A DNA stretch of 64,000 nucleotides from Eledone cirrhosa (Eukaryota): NCBI GenBank assembly GCA_964016885.1, contig OZ024751.1, positions 32,178,001-32,242,000 of the forward strand. Reading direction: 5' to 3'. The first letter of the stretch is position 1; each line of letters starts with the position of its first letter. A program made the position numbers and the translations under genes. The notes below the pieces were generated by a model that saw nothing but the letters and a program-made list of their open reading frames with translations, did not search any database and was not told where the DNA came from. This document shows positions 1-12,999 of this stretch, piece after piece.

Positions 1-833
1 AAAAATATTATTTGTTTAATTATTTTAACTATTATTTCTGTCTGACCTTAAACTCTCAACAATGAAGTCGTAGGGACGTCATAATCGAGATATACGACGT
101 GCTTTGGACATCGAAATCTTTTGTAGCTCATCCCTTCCACGTCTGGCCACAGACGATTTCTTCTAGAGACAAAGAGAGAAAAGGGAAGAACCAACCCCAG
201 TATTGGACCGCTATGTTAATTATCAACATCAGAAGGGGTGAAAGGTAATACCGCAAGGCATTCTATCCGATACTCTAAAGATTCTGCCAATTCGCGGCGC
301 CCTATATAATTACTGGTATTTGAATGAAATGAAACATTTCTTCTGCAGCTATTTCTGTGACTTTTTCTGTATAGGTAGTGTCGGTGTTGGTGGTGTTGGC
401 AGTGTTGGTGGTGTTTGTAATGTTGGTGGTGTTGGTATTGTTGGCAGTGTTGGTAGTGGTGGTGTTGGCAATGTTGCTATTGGTGGTATTGGTAGTGTTG
501 GTGGTGTTGGTAGTGTTGAAAGTGTTGGTAGTGATGGTGGTGTTGATGTTGCATTACTTTGAAGTTAGTCAACTCACATAAAGAAAACGATGGACCTATA
601 TATCTTGGGTTGTCAACGTGTGGATTTATCAAAGATCTTACATCTCCTGAACACTGCCGACATGTCACTTCTGTATTAACCGACACCCCCACCACACCGC
701 CATCTCTTGTAACTTCTGTACATCACCACCACCATCACCACCACCACTACTACTAGTAATACCACCACCACCACCACTACCACCAAATTTATATGTACGA
801 GGACATATAAACACAAAATATCAACAAAGAAAA

Positions 834-877
<44 letters not shown>

Positions 878-879
<2 letters not shown>

Positions 880-988
880 CTGTTTCTACTTTAGGCACAA
901 GGCCAGCAATTATCCAGTGCATTACTGGTACTTTATTTTATCGACCCCGTAAGGATGAAAGGCAAAGTTAACCTCGGCGGGATTTGAA

Positions 989-992
<4 letters not shown>
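878..992 (-). mobile_element. tRNA-derived SINE, 5'-truncated copy
   Basis: Reverse complement reads GAGTTCAAATCCCGCCGAGGTTAACTTTGCCTTTCATCCTTACGGGGTCGATAAAATAAAGTACCAG...AGTAGAAAC. It has a B-box and matches the fuller copy at 19521-19707. Flanked by (TA)n. Confidence 0.85.
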
Positions 993-1033
<41 letters not shown>

Positions 1034-1483
1034 CGGTATTACATTTATAGATAAATATATATGCATGAACACACACACACACACACACACATACACACAT
1101 ACACACACACACAGAGTTTATTTAGGTTGATCCAGTAGCTGTTTCCCCGACATTTCGTTATATATATATATAATGAAATATATGGAGAATAGAAATGGCT
1201 GAGTAGTTGCTATTTAAGGTAACTTAAAATGCAGTGGGAATACGATGAAAGCAAGAACGGGGGGGGGGGAGTTTTCCTCATCAGTTGTCTACTGGGGGTC
1301 TCGGATATTTCTACGCTTTAAAGACAAAATATCTACCGCCCAGGGCAGGTGGATGGACAGATATGTATGTATATATATACATATATGTATATGTATGTAA
1401 AAGGTAAACAGAAATAACAACACAATCGGTATAGTATATGGAAGGAATATATTAAGTTAACGCTTGAAATAGTAGGAAGAGGG

Positions 1484-1519
1484 TCTTAACGTTTCGGACG
1501 CTAGTCCTTCATCAGAAGA
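1484..1519 (-). ncRNA. Minimal type I hammerhead ribozyme (PLE-type)
   Basis: Minus strand: tctt-CTGATGA-a-ggac-tagc-gtcc-GAA-ACGT-T-aaga. Stem I tctt/aaga, stem II ggac/gtcc, palindromic stem III ACGT. Confidence 0.75.
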
Positions 1520-1572
1520 AAGAATGAGAAATAAGATAGATTGAGGGGACGGCTGGGTTGGATATATATATG

Positions 1573-1645
<73 letters not shown>

Positions 1646-1734
1646 CATATATACCCCCTCATACACAGATCTACACACATAAATATGTACACACAAAGAC
1701 TCACCAGCGCAAGTACTCACCTTTATATGTATAA

Positions 1735-2314
1735 CTAGCAGTGGTACCCGGCGTTGCACGGGATAAGGTATTGTGAAATATATAACCGCCTTAGCTAAGC
1801 TTAGTATTGCCACAACCACGGCTGGCAAAGAAGTAAGGGTCTGGTGGTACGTAAGTAAGCAACACTGTGGCTTAAAACGTAAGGAAGAAGTTGTGTGCAC
1901 TTACCAACTGTTTAGGGAATGAGTGTGAGATTTGTCTTGAGCAAGGGTGGCAGAATAACCGGAGGCAGCCAGACATGCAGACAGATATTATAACGGCGCG
2001 TTCTGGACGCAGAGCGAATTGTAGGAAGTGACGTAATGCAGACAGCCAGACATACACACATATATTATAAGGGCGCGACGTTATATGTATCTATCTAAAA
2101 AGAGAAAGACTAAGAATTATAGAGAGAGATCGCTAAATCGCCTAATGCGGTCCCTAGGGAATTGAACATTTGAATTTATTTTGCTTAGAACACTCCCTGA
2201 AACATAAGTATTGCATGTGTAAAGTTTGAAAGCAGTCGGTTGGGTGCTTCTATAGTTTTAGGGATTCAAACTCACACACACACAGACAGACATCCGCAGT
2301 TTTATATATATAGA
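1735..2314 (-). mobile_element. Non-autonomous Helitron (~580 bp)
   Basis: Minus strand starts A|TCTATATATATAAAACTGCGGATGTCTGTCTG. It ends with a GC hairpin (cccgtgcaacgccggg) followed by CTAG|T. This gives TC...CTAG termini in an AT target with no TSD. Confidence 0.8.
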
Positions 2315-2344
2315 TAGACAAGCATTATACAAACAATTACATAT

Positions 2345-2378
<34 letters not shown>

Positions 2379-2664
2379 GCAACCACGTGTGTGTGTGTGT
2401 GTGTATCTGTGTGTATGAATGTTTATATTTGGAGATCAATAAGCTGTCATTGCCATTATACACATTGTTATATAATGTTGACAATATTTTAATCTAAGTG
2501 TTGTTGAGTTGCTTACATTGTTAATTGTATTGTCTTGTACCAGAAAATAACTAGGGTTAAACTATATGAACATCACCACCTGCGTATAAGGTTATAGTAT
2601 GTATACCACCTCTGTGTATATAAGGTATATATATATTTGTATATTTGTGTGAAATGTATGTATG

Positions 2665-2978
2665 TTCTTCTGGTTTTATAATTTCACAAATTTTTGTCAA
2701 TAGAGAGAGAGTTTGTTTCTAACATAGACACAAGACTCTCTCATTGGAGTTTACACAACATCAACTAGGTAGATATGTATGCATGTCTGCATGCATGCAT
2801 GTGTAGGTATGGATGTTATTGTATGTGTGGATGTGGATGTTTTGAGTTGTATGTGTGAATGTGCATACGCTGTGTATCTGTACATATGTATATGCAGTTA
2901 TTAGATGCAACATTTTTAGAATGTTTTACATATTTTTACTGTTCCATTAATGGATTGTACTTGTAATTTCCTAACTAG
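2665..2978. repeat. Dispersed repeat associated with (ATGT)n, also present inverted at 39020-39475
   Basis: Segments 'gtttctaacatagacacaagactctctcattgga' and 'gttccattaatggattgtacttgta' recur as reverse complements at 39.0-39.5 kb. Confidence 0.75.
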
Positions 2979-3109
2979 TTGTGTTCTTTCTGTTCCTGTG
3001 AAGCCTCAATAATCACAGGAATAAATCTAAAGGTATAATCAGGGTGGAGTATCTGCAGATTTCTCATTAGTTCTGCATAAATATTCTCCTTTTCGCTAAT
3101 CTTTGATAT

Positions 3110-3141
<32 letters not shown>

Positions 3142-3494
3142 TGTATGTATGTATTTATGTATGTATGTATGTATGTATGTATGTATGTATGTATGTATGT
3201 ATGTATGTATGTATGTATGTGTAATGTACTTATGTATACATATGTAAGTAATGAACATATGTATGTATAATATATGCGTAATATATATGTATAATATAAA
3301 TATACTATATGTGTAATATAATGTACCAGTTACAAGGTCATTGAGGCACAATGAAATGTTTTGACAGGTATTTATAATACTATCACAATATAAAACAAAT
3401 GTGACATATATATATATATATATGTATGTCTCTCACTCTCTCTCTCTCTCTCTATAATACATATATACATACACATATATATATATATATATAT

Positions 3495-3581
<87 letters not shown>

Positions 3582-3811
3582 TTTATATGTGTGTGTGCGT
3601 GCGTGCTTGTTTGTGTATATGATTGTCTATGCGTATGTGTCTGTTTGTGTATGCGCTTGTGTATATGTGTGTTTCAAAATGGTTATCGCTCATGAGTGTT
3701 TCATGATGTAATTGTACCAGTTAAGGAAAACACGATCTCATGTGATGTCATTTGACGAATAAATACGACTCCAACAAAACAATCTGTGTGTGTGTGTCTG
3801 TATTCATACAC

Positions 3812-3870
<59 letters not shown>

Positions 3871-3871
3871 G

Positions 3872-4061
3872 ATGAGATTCTACAGGACTAGAACTGTTTC
3901 ATTCTTTAGAAATCATCAGGAATCTCTGAGATTCCTGATGATTTCTAAAGAATGAAACAGTTCTAGTCCTGTAGAATCTCATGTATATTAAAACTTTTAT
4001 ACTCTGCTATGTATTGAGTACCTTACTTACTGTGGTTACCTCCGATTCAACCCGGAATAAC

Positions 4062-4095
<34 letters not shown>

Positions 4096-4120
4096 GTTAT
4101 TCCGGGTTGAATCGGAGGTA
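3872..4120 (+). mobile_element. PLE pseudo-LTR fragment as a fold-back palindrome with two mirrored hammerheads
   Basis: Perfect 55-bp arms at 3872-3926 and 3928-3982. A tail runs to 4064, and its last 28 bp are repeated inverted at 4093-4120. Embedded in (TA)n. Confidence 0.8.
3928..3980 (+). ncRNA. Type I hammerhead ribozyme (mirror copy at 3874-3926, minus strand)
   Basis: gagattc-CTGATGA-tttctaaagaat-GAA-ACAG-ttctagtc-CTGT-A-gaatctc. 7-bp stem I, 4-bp stem III, GUA cleavage triplet; stem II is weak. Confidence 0.75.
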
Positions 4121-4177
4121 TATATATATACATATACATGTATATATATATACATACATACATATATACATATATAC

Positions 4178-4312
<135 letters not shown>

Positions 4313-4379
4313 TATTGAAATTTCAGTTAGAAACAGAAAATATATATATATATATATATAGTAATATATATATATATAG

Positions 4380-4963
4380 TAATAATAATAAATTTGAAGA
4401 CTAAAATCCAAAGAGAGCTCGATAAGGATAAATATATATCAAATATATAAGAACCGTAGAGCAAATATTTATTAAAATAACAGATTAAAGTTTAAGCAAA
4501 GAATCGCTGCTTTCACCCTTAACGGGATCTTCTGAAACTAACAAAGTCAATCTGTAAACGCAGAACTGGATATTTCAAAAAACGTTGCAACCGGAGGAAG
4601 ACAGGAAGACGATACTTTGGTTCGTGGAAACGTTCGCTGGAGAAGAACGGGAAAAAAACGAATAATACGTCATTAATAGGAGCGGTGAAAAACAATTACG
4701 CGCAAAGAAAGAACCACGTTTATGGTATAAAAGAAGTCGTAGACTAATGTTCTCTTAGGTGGTGCATAGAGACGTATTATTCGTTTTTCCCCGTTCTTTG
4801 CCAGCGAACGTTTCCACGAACCAAAGTATCGTCTTCCTGCCTTCCTCCGGTTGCAACGTTTTTTGAAATATCCAGTTCTGCGTTTACAGATTGACTTTGT
4901 TAGTTTCAGAAGATCCCGTTAAGGGTGAAAGCAGCGATTCTTTGCTTAAACTTTAATCTGTTA

Positions 4964-4971
<8 letters not shown>
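4380..4971 (-). mobile_element. PLE pseudo-LTR fragment with ~200-bp inverted repeat
   Basis: Near-identical inverted arms at 4470-4671 and 4771-4971. The same sequence ends the GIY-YIG-bearing element at 56.3-57.9 kb. Tail fragments also occur at 19762 and 61562. Confidence 0.8.
4902..4952 (+). ncRNA. Hammerhead-like motif with variant core CAGAAGA (mirror at 4489-4539, minus strand)
   Basis: agttt-CAGAAGA-t-ccc-gttaa-ggg-t-GAA-AGCA-gcgattctt-TGCT-T-aaact. All three stems pair. Confidence 0.6.
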
Positions 4972-5039
<68 letters not shown>

Positions 5040-5078
5040 CACACACACTTGCATATATATATATATATATATATACTT

Positions 5079-5152
<74 letters not shown>

Positions 5153-5878
5153 ACAGATACATATTCACGGGTATAATCCTACAATCAACTTCATCAAGTA
5201 AACCATACCGCACTAACGTGTTTAGTAAAACAACAACGAACTGCTTCTGTTAATGGTATGGTGACGACGGACAACTTCATGCCACAAGCGTAGTATTACG
5301 TAGTTTCTGTATTACTCTACAGTGACTACAACCCAATCAGGTAATTGATATTACACTCTATCAGTACAACCATTAGGAACAACGACCGATCTACACTCCC
5401 CCAAAAATCTGACACTGAATACAGACATACGCTCAAGTATACCGCACGCTCAAGCAACAGAACACGATCTGACCTAATCAATACCATTTATCATATCAAT
5501 ATCATTTATTAATCTCATCCAAATTCTACTTGCTTAACGAACCAATAAAAAGGAACGATGCGAAGTTACTGATTAAGTAATTAAATAACTAAATAAATAC
5601 AACGAGAAAAGACCACATATTGAGTCTGAACCACGTCCACATACTGTCCAACGGAGGCTACAGCATGCTACTAACACACACATATACCCATGATACCCCC
5701 CCCCCCCCCAACCAATTAAATATATGTATGTTATATATCATAACAAAATTTGATAGGACAGTATCTCTCTCTCACTCTCTCTTTCTTTCTCTCTCTGTCT
5801 CTTTCTATCTGTATATATATATATATATATATATATACTTTATTGACATACTTTATTGTATATATATATATATATATA

Positions 5879-5913
<35 letters not shown>

Positions 5914-5931
5914 ATGTGTGTATTTATGTAA

Positions 5932-5972
<41 letters not shown>

Positions 5973-6334
5973 CATACACACGTAGAAATATGGGTTATAA
6001 GCCGTAGTTAAGGAGCATAAACTGAAAGAGAATCGAGTGAAATCCTGATTCTAATCTTGTTCCAACACACCCACCAAATGAAAGAAAAAATCTGGAAATC
6101 TACTGTTATGATGTAAAATATTTGTTCCATTTCTTTCTTTAGAAATGGTAAACTTTTAAAATCTTTGCATCTCTATAAAGGCCTTGTATATTTTTAAACA
6201 TGGATTTTAAAATGTTCAAGCCCAAGAAATTCCTAGAAATCTTTTCGAAACATTTACAAAAATAGTGGAATATTTTCAATCTTAAATTATTCAAGTCATT
6301 GAAATTTAAAAACCTTCCATATTTTCTGTCCCAA

Positions 6335-6515
6335 GTGTTTAAATATATTTAGCTCTATTTTTTTTTTTTCAATCTTTTCAAATTTTGATGCCACCGAATT
6401 TCACATGTGTTTAAATATTTTTAGCCCTTTTTTTTTTACAATCGTTTCATATTTTTGATGTCATTGGTATTTCACAAGTGTTTAAATATTTTTAGCCTTA
6501 AATTATTGTAATCCT
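6335..6515. repeat. Degenerate tandem repeat, three ~70-bp units
   Basis: 'gtgtttaaatat.tttagc' recurs near 6336, 6407 and 6478. Confidence 0.6.
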
Positions 6516-6819
6516 TTCACTTCATTCAAACATGAATGAAATTCTGTTTTTGTGTTTGTTTGTTGCTGAAATATTTCAACACTGAATGTATTAACCTTAA
6601 AGTGTGTATCACTGAAAAGTTATGTGGTTATGGCGATGTGATGTAAAGAGAAGATTAACTTAATTTCAAGCTCCGGGAAAAAATATTTATATTTATTAGT
6701 ATACAACTTTGGAAAGTGTGTAAATATGTATATACACATGTACATATGTATGTATATATATGTATATGTGTATATGCATGGGTGCATGCACGGGGATATA
6801 TGCGCGGGGATATAGAAAT

Positions 6820-7150
6820 AATCGGGCTGGACACACGATCGCGCGGTTAAACCACTAGGAGTGAAGGACCCCTAGCCTTTGTCAGAGCATTCTTCTAGGA
6901 GAAGGCAACTCAGGAAACTGGGATAACTCCGATATAAAACCTGCGGCTCAGGAGTTACCGTTGATGTTGATTATTTCTTCTTTTCGGGTTATAGCTACTG
7001 TCGCTCAGAGAGTGGGATTGGCTCAGTGCAGTCTTTCCTCACTTTAAAAAATATCTTCACGCACAGGCATGGCAAGATAGAATTAATTAATAATTATTAA
7101 TAATGGTATATCATGCAATGGCCATACTCGATTACGAGGGGGCAGCCATC
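6820..7150 (+). mobile_element. Diverged relative of the (ATGT)n-associated short retroposon
   Basis: Shares 'gacccc.tagcctttgtca', 'ttctaggagaagg', 'agagagtggga.tggct' and the 3' end 'ggcagcca.c(ATGT)n' with 7236-7646. Confidence 0.65.
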
Positions 7151-7235
7151 ATGTATGTATGTATGTATGTATGTATGTATGTATGTATGTATGTATGTAT
7201 GTATGTATGTATGTATGTATGTATGTATGTACATC

Positions 7236-7646
7236 CGGGAGAGATGACCCCCTTAGCCTTTGTCAAGGCAGAATTCTAGGAAAAGGAAAACTCTGATATA
7301 ACACCTGCAACCCTGATGGTATCCAATGATGTTGACTTGTTCTTCTTTTTGGTAAATATCATCTTGGTTAAGAGAGTGGGACTGGCTTTGTGCAGTGCCT
7401 TTGCTCACTATAAAAGCTTCACGGCACAGGCATTGCTTTATATCTGGAGATCTCTCTGCACTTGTCATCACATGGTACCATGGGCCCAGCACTATGTGTC
7501 AATAATTGTCACAAGTGTAGTGTTTGTACCAGAGTTTTCAAGTCGCTGGCTGGACTAAAAAGTCACACTCGTTCAGCGCATCGGTAGGGGTTCTCCTACA
7601 TGGATATAAAGTAGTGGCCGTACTCGAAAACGAGTTGGCAGCCACC
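7236..7646 (+). mobile_element. ~410-bp non-autonomous retroposon (SINE-like) in (ATGT)n
   Basis: Near-identical to 10212-10619. Both sides are (ATGT)n. The motif TCTAGGA(A/G)AAGGAAAACTCTGA resembles RTE-clade 5'-UTR sequence (from memory). Confidence 0.7.
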
Positions 7647-7843
7647 ATGTATGTATGTATGTATGTATGTATGTATGTATGTATGTATGTATGTATGTAT
7701 GTATGTATGTATGTATGTATGTATGTATGTATGTATGTATGTATGAGTGTGTACATATCTGTGGATGTATGTGTGTGTGTGTAAATATCTGTGCATGTAT
7801 GTGTGTGTATGTATGTATGCGCGTGTGTATGTATGTATGCATT

Positions 7844-7877
<34 letters not shown>

Positions 7878-8136
7878 TGTATGTATGTATGTATGTATGT
7901 ATGTATGTATGTATGTATGTATAAATGTGTATGTGTGTATACATATATATGTTAACAGTTTCAACACCCTTCACTATGCTGTGTCCTCCAACCACTACTT
8001 ATAACCCTTTACTTTGTTTTCTTTCCTCCGCACCACTGTCCCCTTTTTATGACATATCCTGCAATTCATTTAACGGAAACCAAACACGTAAGATTCCATG
8101 AGAGGAAAAAAAATGAATTTATGGGAGGGTGAATGA

Positions 8137-8239
<103 letters not shown>

Positions 8240-8632
8240 TTTTATGAAATAATGACTAAATGGGGTTGCGTTTGCAACACTCCAATTAATAAATAGTGAT
8301 GTAATTAGATTCAAGTACTCAACGTCTTTTGTATCGTTTTAATTTCGAAGTGTAGTAGTCCTTGACGGTGTATACGTACAATAACGATAAAAATACGAAG
8401 GCTAGATTTTCATTATTCACTTTAGTTCGTCCCTGGTAAGAGCAACACAGCCTCACCAATAGCCTGAATACATAACAACTGTATTACTTAATATGTCTGA
8501 AGAATTCGTGTTGTTAATTGCGTGATGCTAGTATAACGTAGTTACTAACGCCACAAAAATAGGTATTACAGTGGATTACAGAATTAAATGAATTATGAAT
8601 ATCATCTAGTCTTCGCATTTATATATATATAT

Positions 8633-8748
8633 AATTGTTTCTACTTTTGGCACAAGGCTAGCAATTATTCCAGTGCATTACTGGTACTTTATTTTATCGA
8701 CCCCGTAAGGATGAAAGGCAAAGTTAACCTTGGCGTGATTTGAACTCA
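8633..8748 (-). mobile_element. tRNA-derived SINE, 5'-truncated
   Basis: Same sequence as 878-992. Confidence 0.85.
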
Positions 8749-8794
8749 TTATATATTTATATATATAATGTTCTTGTTTTATATATATATATAT

Positions 8795-9153
8795 ATATAA
8801 AGAAAAAGAGATGAAATCGAAAATGCAACTGGAGTCTTATTTTTTTTAAAAATATATATATTTATTTGGTTCCTTTACCGGTTTCGCAGTTCTTCTGCTT
8901 TTCAAAAGGTGAGTTGAGATGGAGGGTCTGTGGTTTTTCTCACAGATGTGAGAAAAACTACAGACCCTCCATCTCAACTCACCTTTTGAAAAGCAGAAGA
9001 ACTGCGAAACCGGTAAAGGAACCAAATAAATATATATATATTTTTTAAAAATAAGACTCCAGTTGCATTTTCGATTTCATCTCTTTTTCTTTATACTTTC
9101 ACTCGTGTAGGACACCTCGGTTATTTTTCATTTTGTAAAAAAACCCTCACTTT

Positions 9154-9155
<2 letters not shown>
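8795..9155 (+). mobile_element. PLE pseudo-LTR fragment as a ~150-bp-arm fold-back plus tail
   Basis: Arms at 8795-8944 and 8947-9095 around a 2-nt loop. Unique tail to ~9155, with (TA)n on both sides. Confidence 0.8.
8982..9019 (+). ncRNA. Minimal hammerhead ribozyme with U3-A8 core (mirror at 8872-8909, minus strand)
   Basis: cctt-TTGAAAA-gcag-aagaa-ctgc-GAA-ACCGGT-A-aagg. Perfect stems I and II, palindromic stem III, GUA triplet. Confidence 0.75.
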
Positions 9156-9230
<75 letters not shown>

Positions 9231-10211
9231 ATCTTGTTTTATATAAATATATATATATATAATGTTCTTGTTATTGTTGTAGGTGTGGTGATGTAGTTGA
9301 TGCTGTAGTTTTTTTTTCAATGCTATTCCAGTCGTGATCATTCCGTGTTTTTCCTATATTGCAAAGAATCCAAGGTAATTCTACCCATTATGTTTTTTTG
9401 ATATGAGAGGGATGTGGCTGCTATTTCTTACAGATATAGAACGATGTAGAGGTTCTTTCGTTTGTCATAGCTGCACATACAGTGTAGCCTCACGTATGTA
9501 ATATATGGGTTGTAAAACTTCAATCAACTCAAATTATTGAAGCAATTACTAACTCCAAACTCCATCTAGTGGTGCTTAAAATCTAAAAACACAAAGGAAG
9601 AAAGATGACTCCAATAATATCAGTATTAAACAATTCAGATTGGAGTAGATGTGATCTTTAAAGGCAGCTGCTTTTGTAGATTTCTTTCTAAGAAAGAAAG
9701 TTCCCCCATTGCAACACTGTCAGCAACAACTGCACACAACTAATTGCTATCAAATCAACGACGGAACCACTACGTGATCACCCGATTTGCTAGAAATAAC
9801 AACAAAAATAACATACGTATGTATCCATGCCTTGCGACAAAATTCCGGAACATCTAAATATTTCTGAGACACATACTTCATCAGCTGGAGTAGGAATGGA
9901 CAGGCTCCCGTGAAGTCTTGCTACGAGGGGTTGTATATAACGTGACCGGAACAAAAAAGGAAACACAGGGTACAACAAACATAAACGCCCTGTTTTACTG
10001 AAGTAGTAAAAATATGTTCAGAAAGTTGCATATGTCAATAGGGACATGTTTCTTAAAATAGAGACTTCCCAACTAAATAAAGTGACATTTTTGTATATGC
10101 ATGGATTTAATGAAGTTGTGTACAAGTGTGTGTATGTATGTATGTATGTATGTATGTATGTATGTATGTATGTATGTATGTATGTATGTATGTATGTATG
10201 TATGTATGTAT

Positions 10212-10619
10212 GGGAGAGATGACCCCTTAGCCTTTGTCAAGCAGAATTCTAGGAGAAGGAAAACTCTGATATAACACCTGCAACCCTGATGGTATCCAAC
10301 GATGTTGACTTGTTCTTCTTTTTGGTAAATATCATCTTGGTTAAGAGAGTGGGACTGGCTTTGTGCAGTGCCTTTGCTCACTATAAAAGCTTCACGGCAC
10401 AGGCATTGCTTTACATCTGGAGATCTCTCTGCACTTGTCATCACATGGTACCATGGGCCCAGCACTATGTGTCAGTAATTGTCACAAGTGTAGTGTTTGT
10501 ACCAGAGTTTTCAAGTCGCTAGCTGGATTAAAAAGTCACACTCGTTCAGCGCATCGGTAGGGGTTCTCCTACATGGATATAAAGTAGTGGCCGTACTCGA
10601 AAACGAGTTGGCAGCCACC
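10212..10619 (+). mobile_element. Second copy of the ~410-bp (ATGT)n-associated retroposon
   Basis: Only a few substitutions relative to 7236-7646. Flanked by (TATG)n. Confidence 0.7.
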
Positions 10620-10746
10620 ATGTATGTATGTATGCAAGCATGAATGTATGCATTTTTGTATGTTAGTGCATATATATGTATACACACACACACACACATA
10701 TATATATAAATATGTGTGTGTATTTATATGTGTGTATATGTTTATA

Positions 10747-10851
<105 letters not shown>

Positions 10852-11029
10852 TATTGTTGGTGCATGCATGTGAGTGTGTGTGTGTGTGTGTGTGTGTTAA
10901 GCCAATGTGACCAGATGTTAAAAAGATGCCAGACTGACTCCAATAACGTTGATAGATTACCTCGTTAAATGATGCAGACGGATTCTTCAGACCAGTACAC
11001 TTAATATCCCTTACCAACACCACCGTCAC

Positions 11030-11815
11030 CTCTCTACTGCCACCTCATCACCACCACCACCACCATCTCACTACAACCACCACCACTTCTAACACCATTA
11101 GCACTACTACCACCAGTACACCTAATATTCCCCGCCACCACCACCACCACCACCATCACCACCACCACCACCATCACCGCCACCACCACCACCACCACCA
11201 CCACCACCACCACCACCACCACCACCATCTCCTCTCTACCACCATCTCACTACAACCACCACCACTTCTAACACCATTAGCACTACTACCACCAGTACAC
11301 CTAATATTCCCCGCCACCACCACCACCACCACCTCCACCACCGCCATCACCACGATATGTTCCGTCATTCCCAATTATCACCTCCACCACCATCATTCAT
11401 CACAGCCCACCACCCAACCCCAACATTTCCAAAGCCATCATCAACATCGTCACTACCACCCCAACTAACACAACAGACATCGCAACCACCATTTTCATCA
11501 CTACCATTACCAACACCTCCACCGCCGCCACATATACTGTAGTGGGCGGTAGTAGTGATAGGGGTGGCGGAGATTGTAAGGTAGTGTTGTCGTTGTTGTT
11601 GTGGTGGTTTGTATTGTGGTTGATGTGCTGGCTGTAATGGCGTTGTTATGGTGGTGGTGATGTTGTTACGGTGGTGGTGTGGTGGTTGATATGGTGGTGT
11701 TGTTATGGTGGTGGTGATGTTGTTACGGTGGTGGTGTGGTGGTTGATATGGTGGTGTTGTTATGGTGGTGGTGATGTTGTTACGGTGGTGGTGTGGTGGT
11801 TGATATGGTGGTGCT
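11030..11815. repeat. (CAC)n/(GTG)n low complexity with a ~90-bp duplication and a 3-copy ~60-bp minisatellite
   Basis: 'caccatctcactacaaccacc...cctaatattccccgcc' occurs twice. 'ttgttatggtggtggtgatgttgttacgg' occurs three times at 11643-11810. Confidence 0.8.
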
Positions 11816-12223
11816 GTCGTTAGGGATATACTATTTACAAGTTGACATCCTTATTAGAGCAATAAAAAGCAACAACAACAAAAAAAACCTTATCTTGTTT
11901 TGGTCTAAGTGATGAAGATGGTGGTGGTGGTTGCCGTTTTAGAGCGGGGTGATAATGGTGATGGTGTGTCACCATAACACCACCACCGCATCCACCACTG
12001 TCACCACCAACAACTCTAACACCACCATCGCCACTACCAACACCGTCACCACCACTATCATTATCACCGTCAACAACGCCACTATTACCCTCTCCAACTC
12101 CACCATTATCGTAGTGAATTGTGGTAGTGGCAGTGGTGGTGTTGGTTACTATGGTAGTGTTGATGGAAATGGTGATGTTGGCATTGACATACCACTCATC
12201 GGTTGACATTCTTATTAGAGTAC

Positions 12224-12254
<31 letters not shown>

Positions 12255-12441
12255 ACGAAACAAGCAAAAAGTCCCTATTCATAGAGGGGACAATTATAAA
12301 TCGGAATAGTTTGGCCCCGGGGTAATATCGGTCTATTAACCCTACTTGAATACTTGAACCTTGTCAGCCATACATGGGTATAGACAATGGTGTTCATTTT
12401 AGGAATGTCTGTATTTAGAGCTCGTATATGTGGGTAGAAGT

Positions 12442-12486
<45 letters not shown>

Positions 12487-12999
12487 CGAGAGAGAGAGAG
12501 AGGTATGTGGGTGTGGAAATATGTGTGTGCATATATACGAATTATGCGTAGGTCGGAGGTATATGTGTATATACATATGTGTCTGCGTGGGAGTATATAT
12601 GTATATAGGGGTGTGTGTATGTGTATGTGACTATTTTTTGACAGGGGTGTGTGACACATATGGTGTCGAATATATCTCCTCATGGTGCTTATTTGCAATT
12701 AATTGGAATGCATCGTTGCCTGCTACTTCATTGCAAGTCGAATTAAGGAGGAGCTCGTCGAGCTAGAAATAGCTCCCAAATCGTCTCAAACCACACTCGA
12801 CTATCTTATAAAAGAATGTTAGATAAATTTGTACTGGAATGTCTTCGATCATAGATCTGCTCGAATTAGTAGGAGCCAGTGTGATTAGCTGTAAATAACG
12901 GCCGTGTTAAGTTTCAATACAATTTTGATGTAAATTGGCAACTGAATAATCCGAAGTCTACTAATATGTAACCAGGTGCCATGAATTGGTTAGGAGACG

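Noticed and set aside
4470-4971. Long inverted repeats as TIRs of a MITE/foldback DNA transposon
   Set aside because: The arms are asymmetric with a one-sided tail and contain hammerhead-like motifs. The same sequence occurs singly at the end of a GIY-YIG element (57.7-57.9 kb).
7253-7558. Duplicated 77-80-aa ORFs in the 410-bp repeat
   Set aside because: They overlap on opposite strands, have no recognisable motif, and are duplicated only because the element is.
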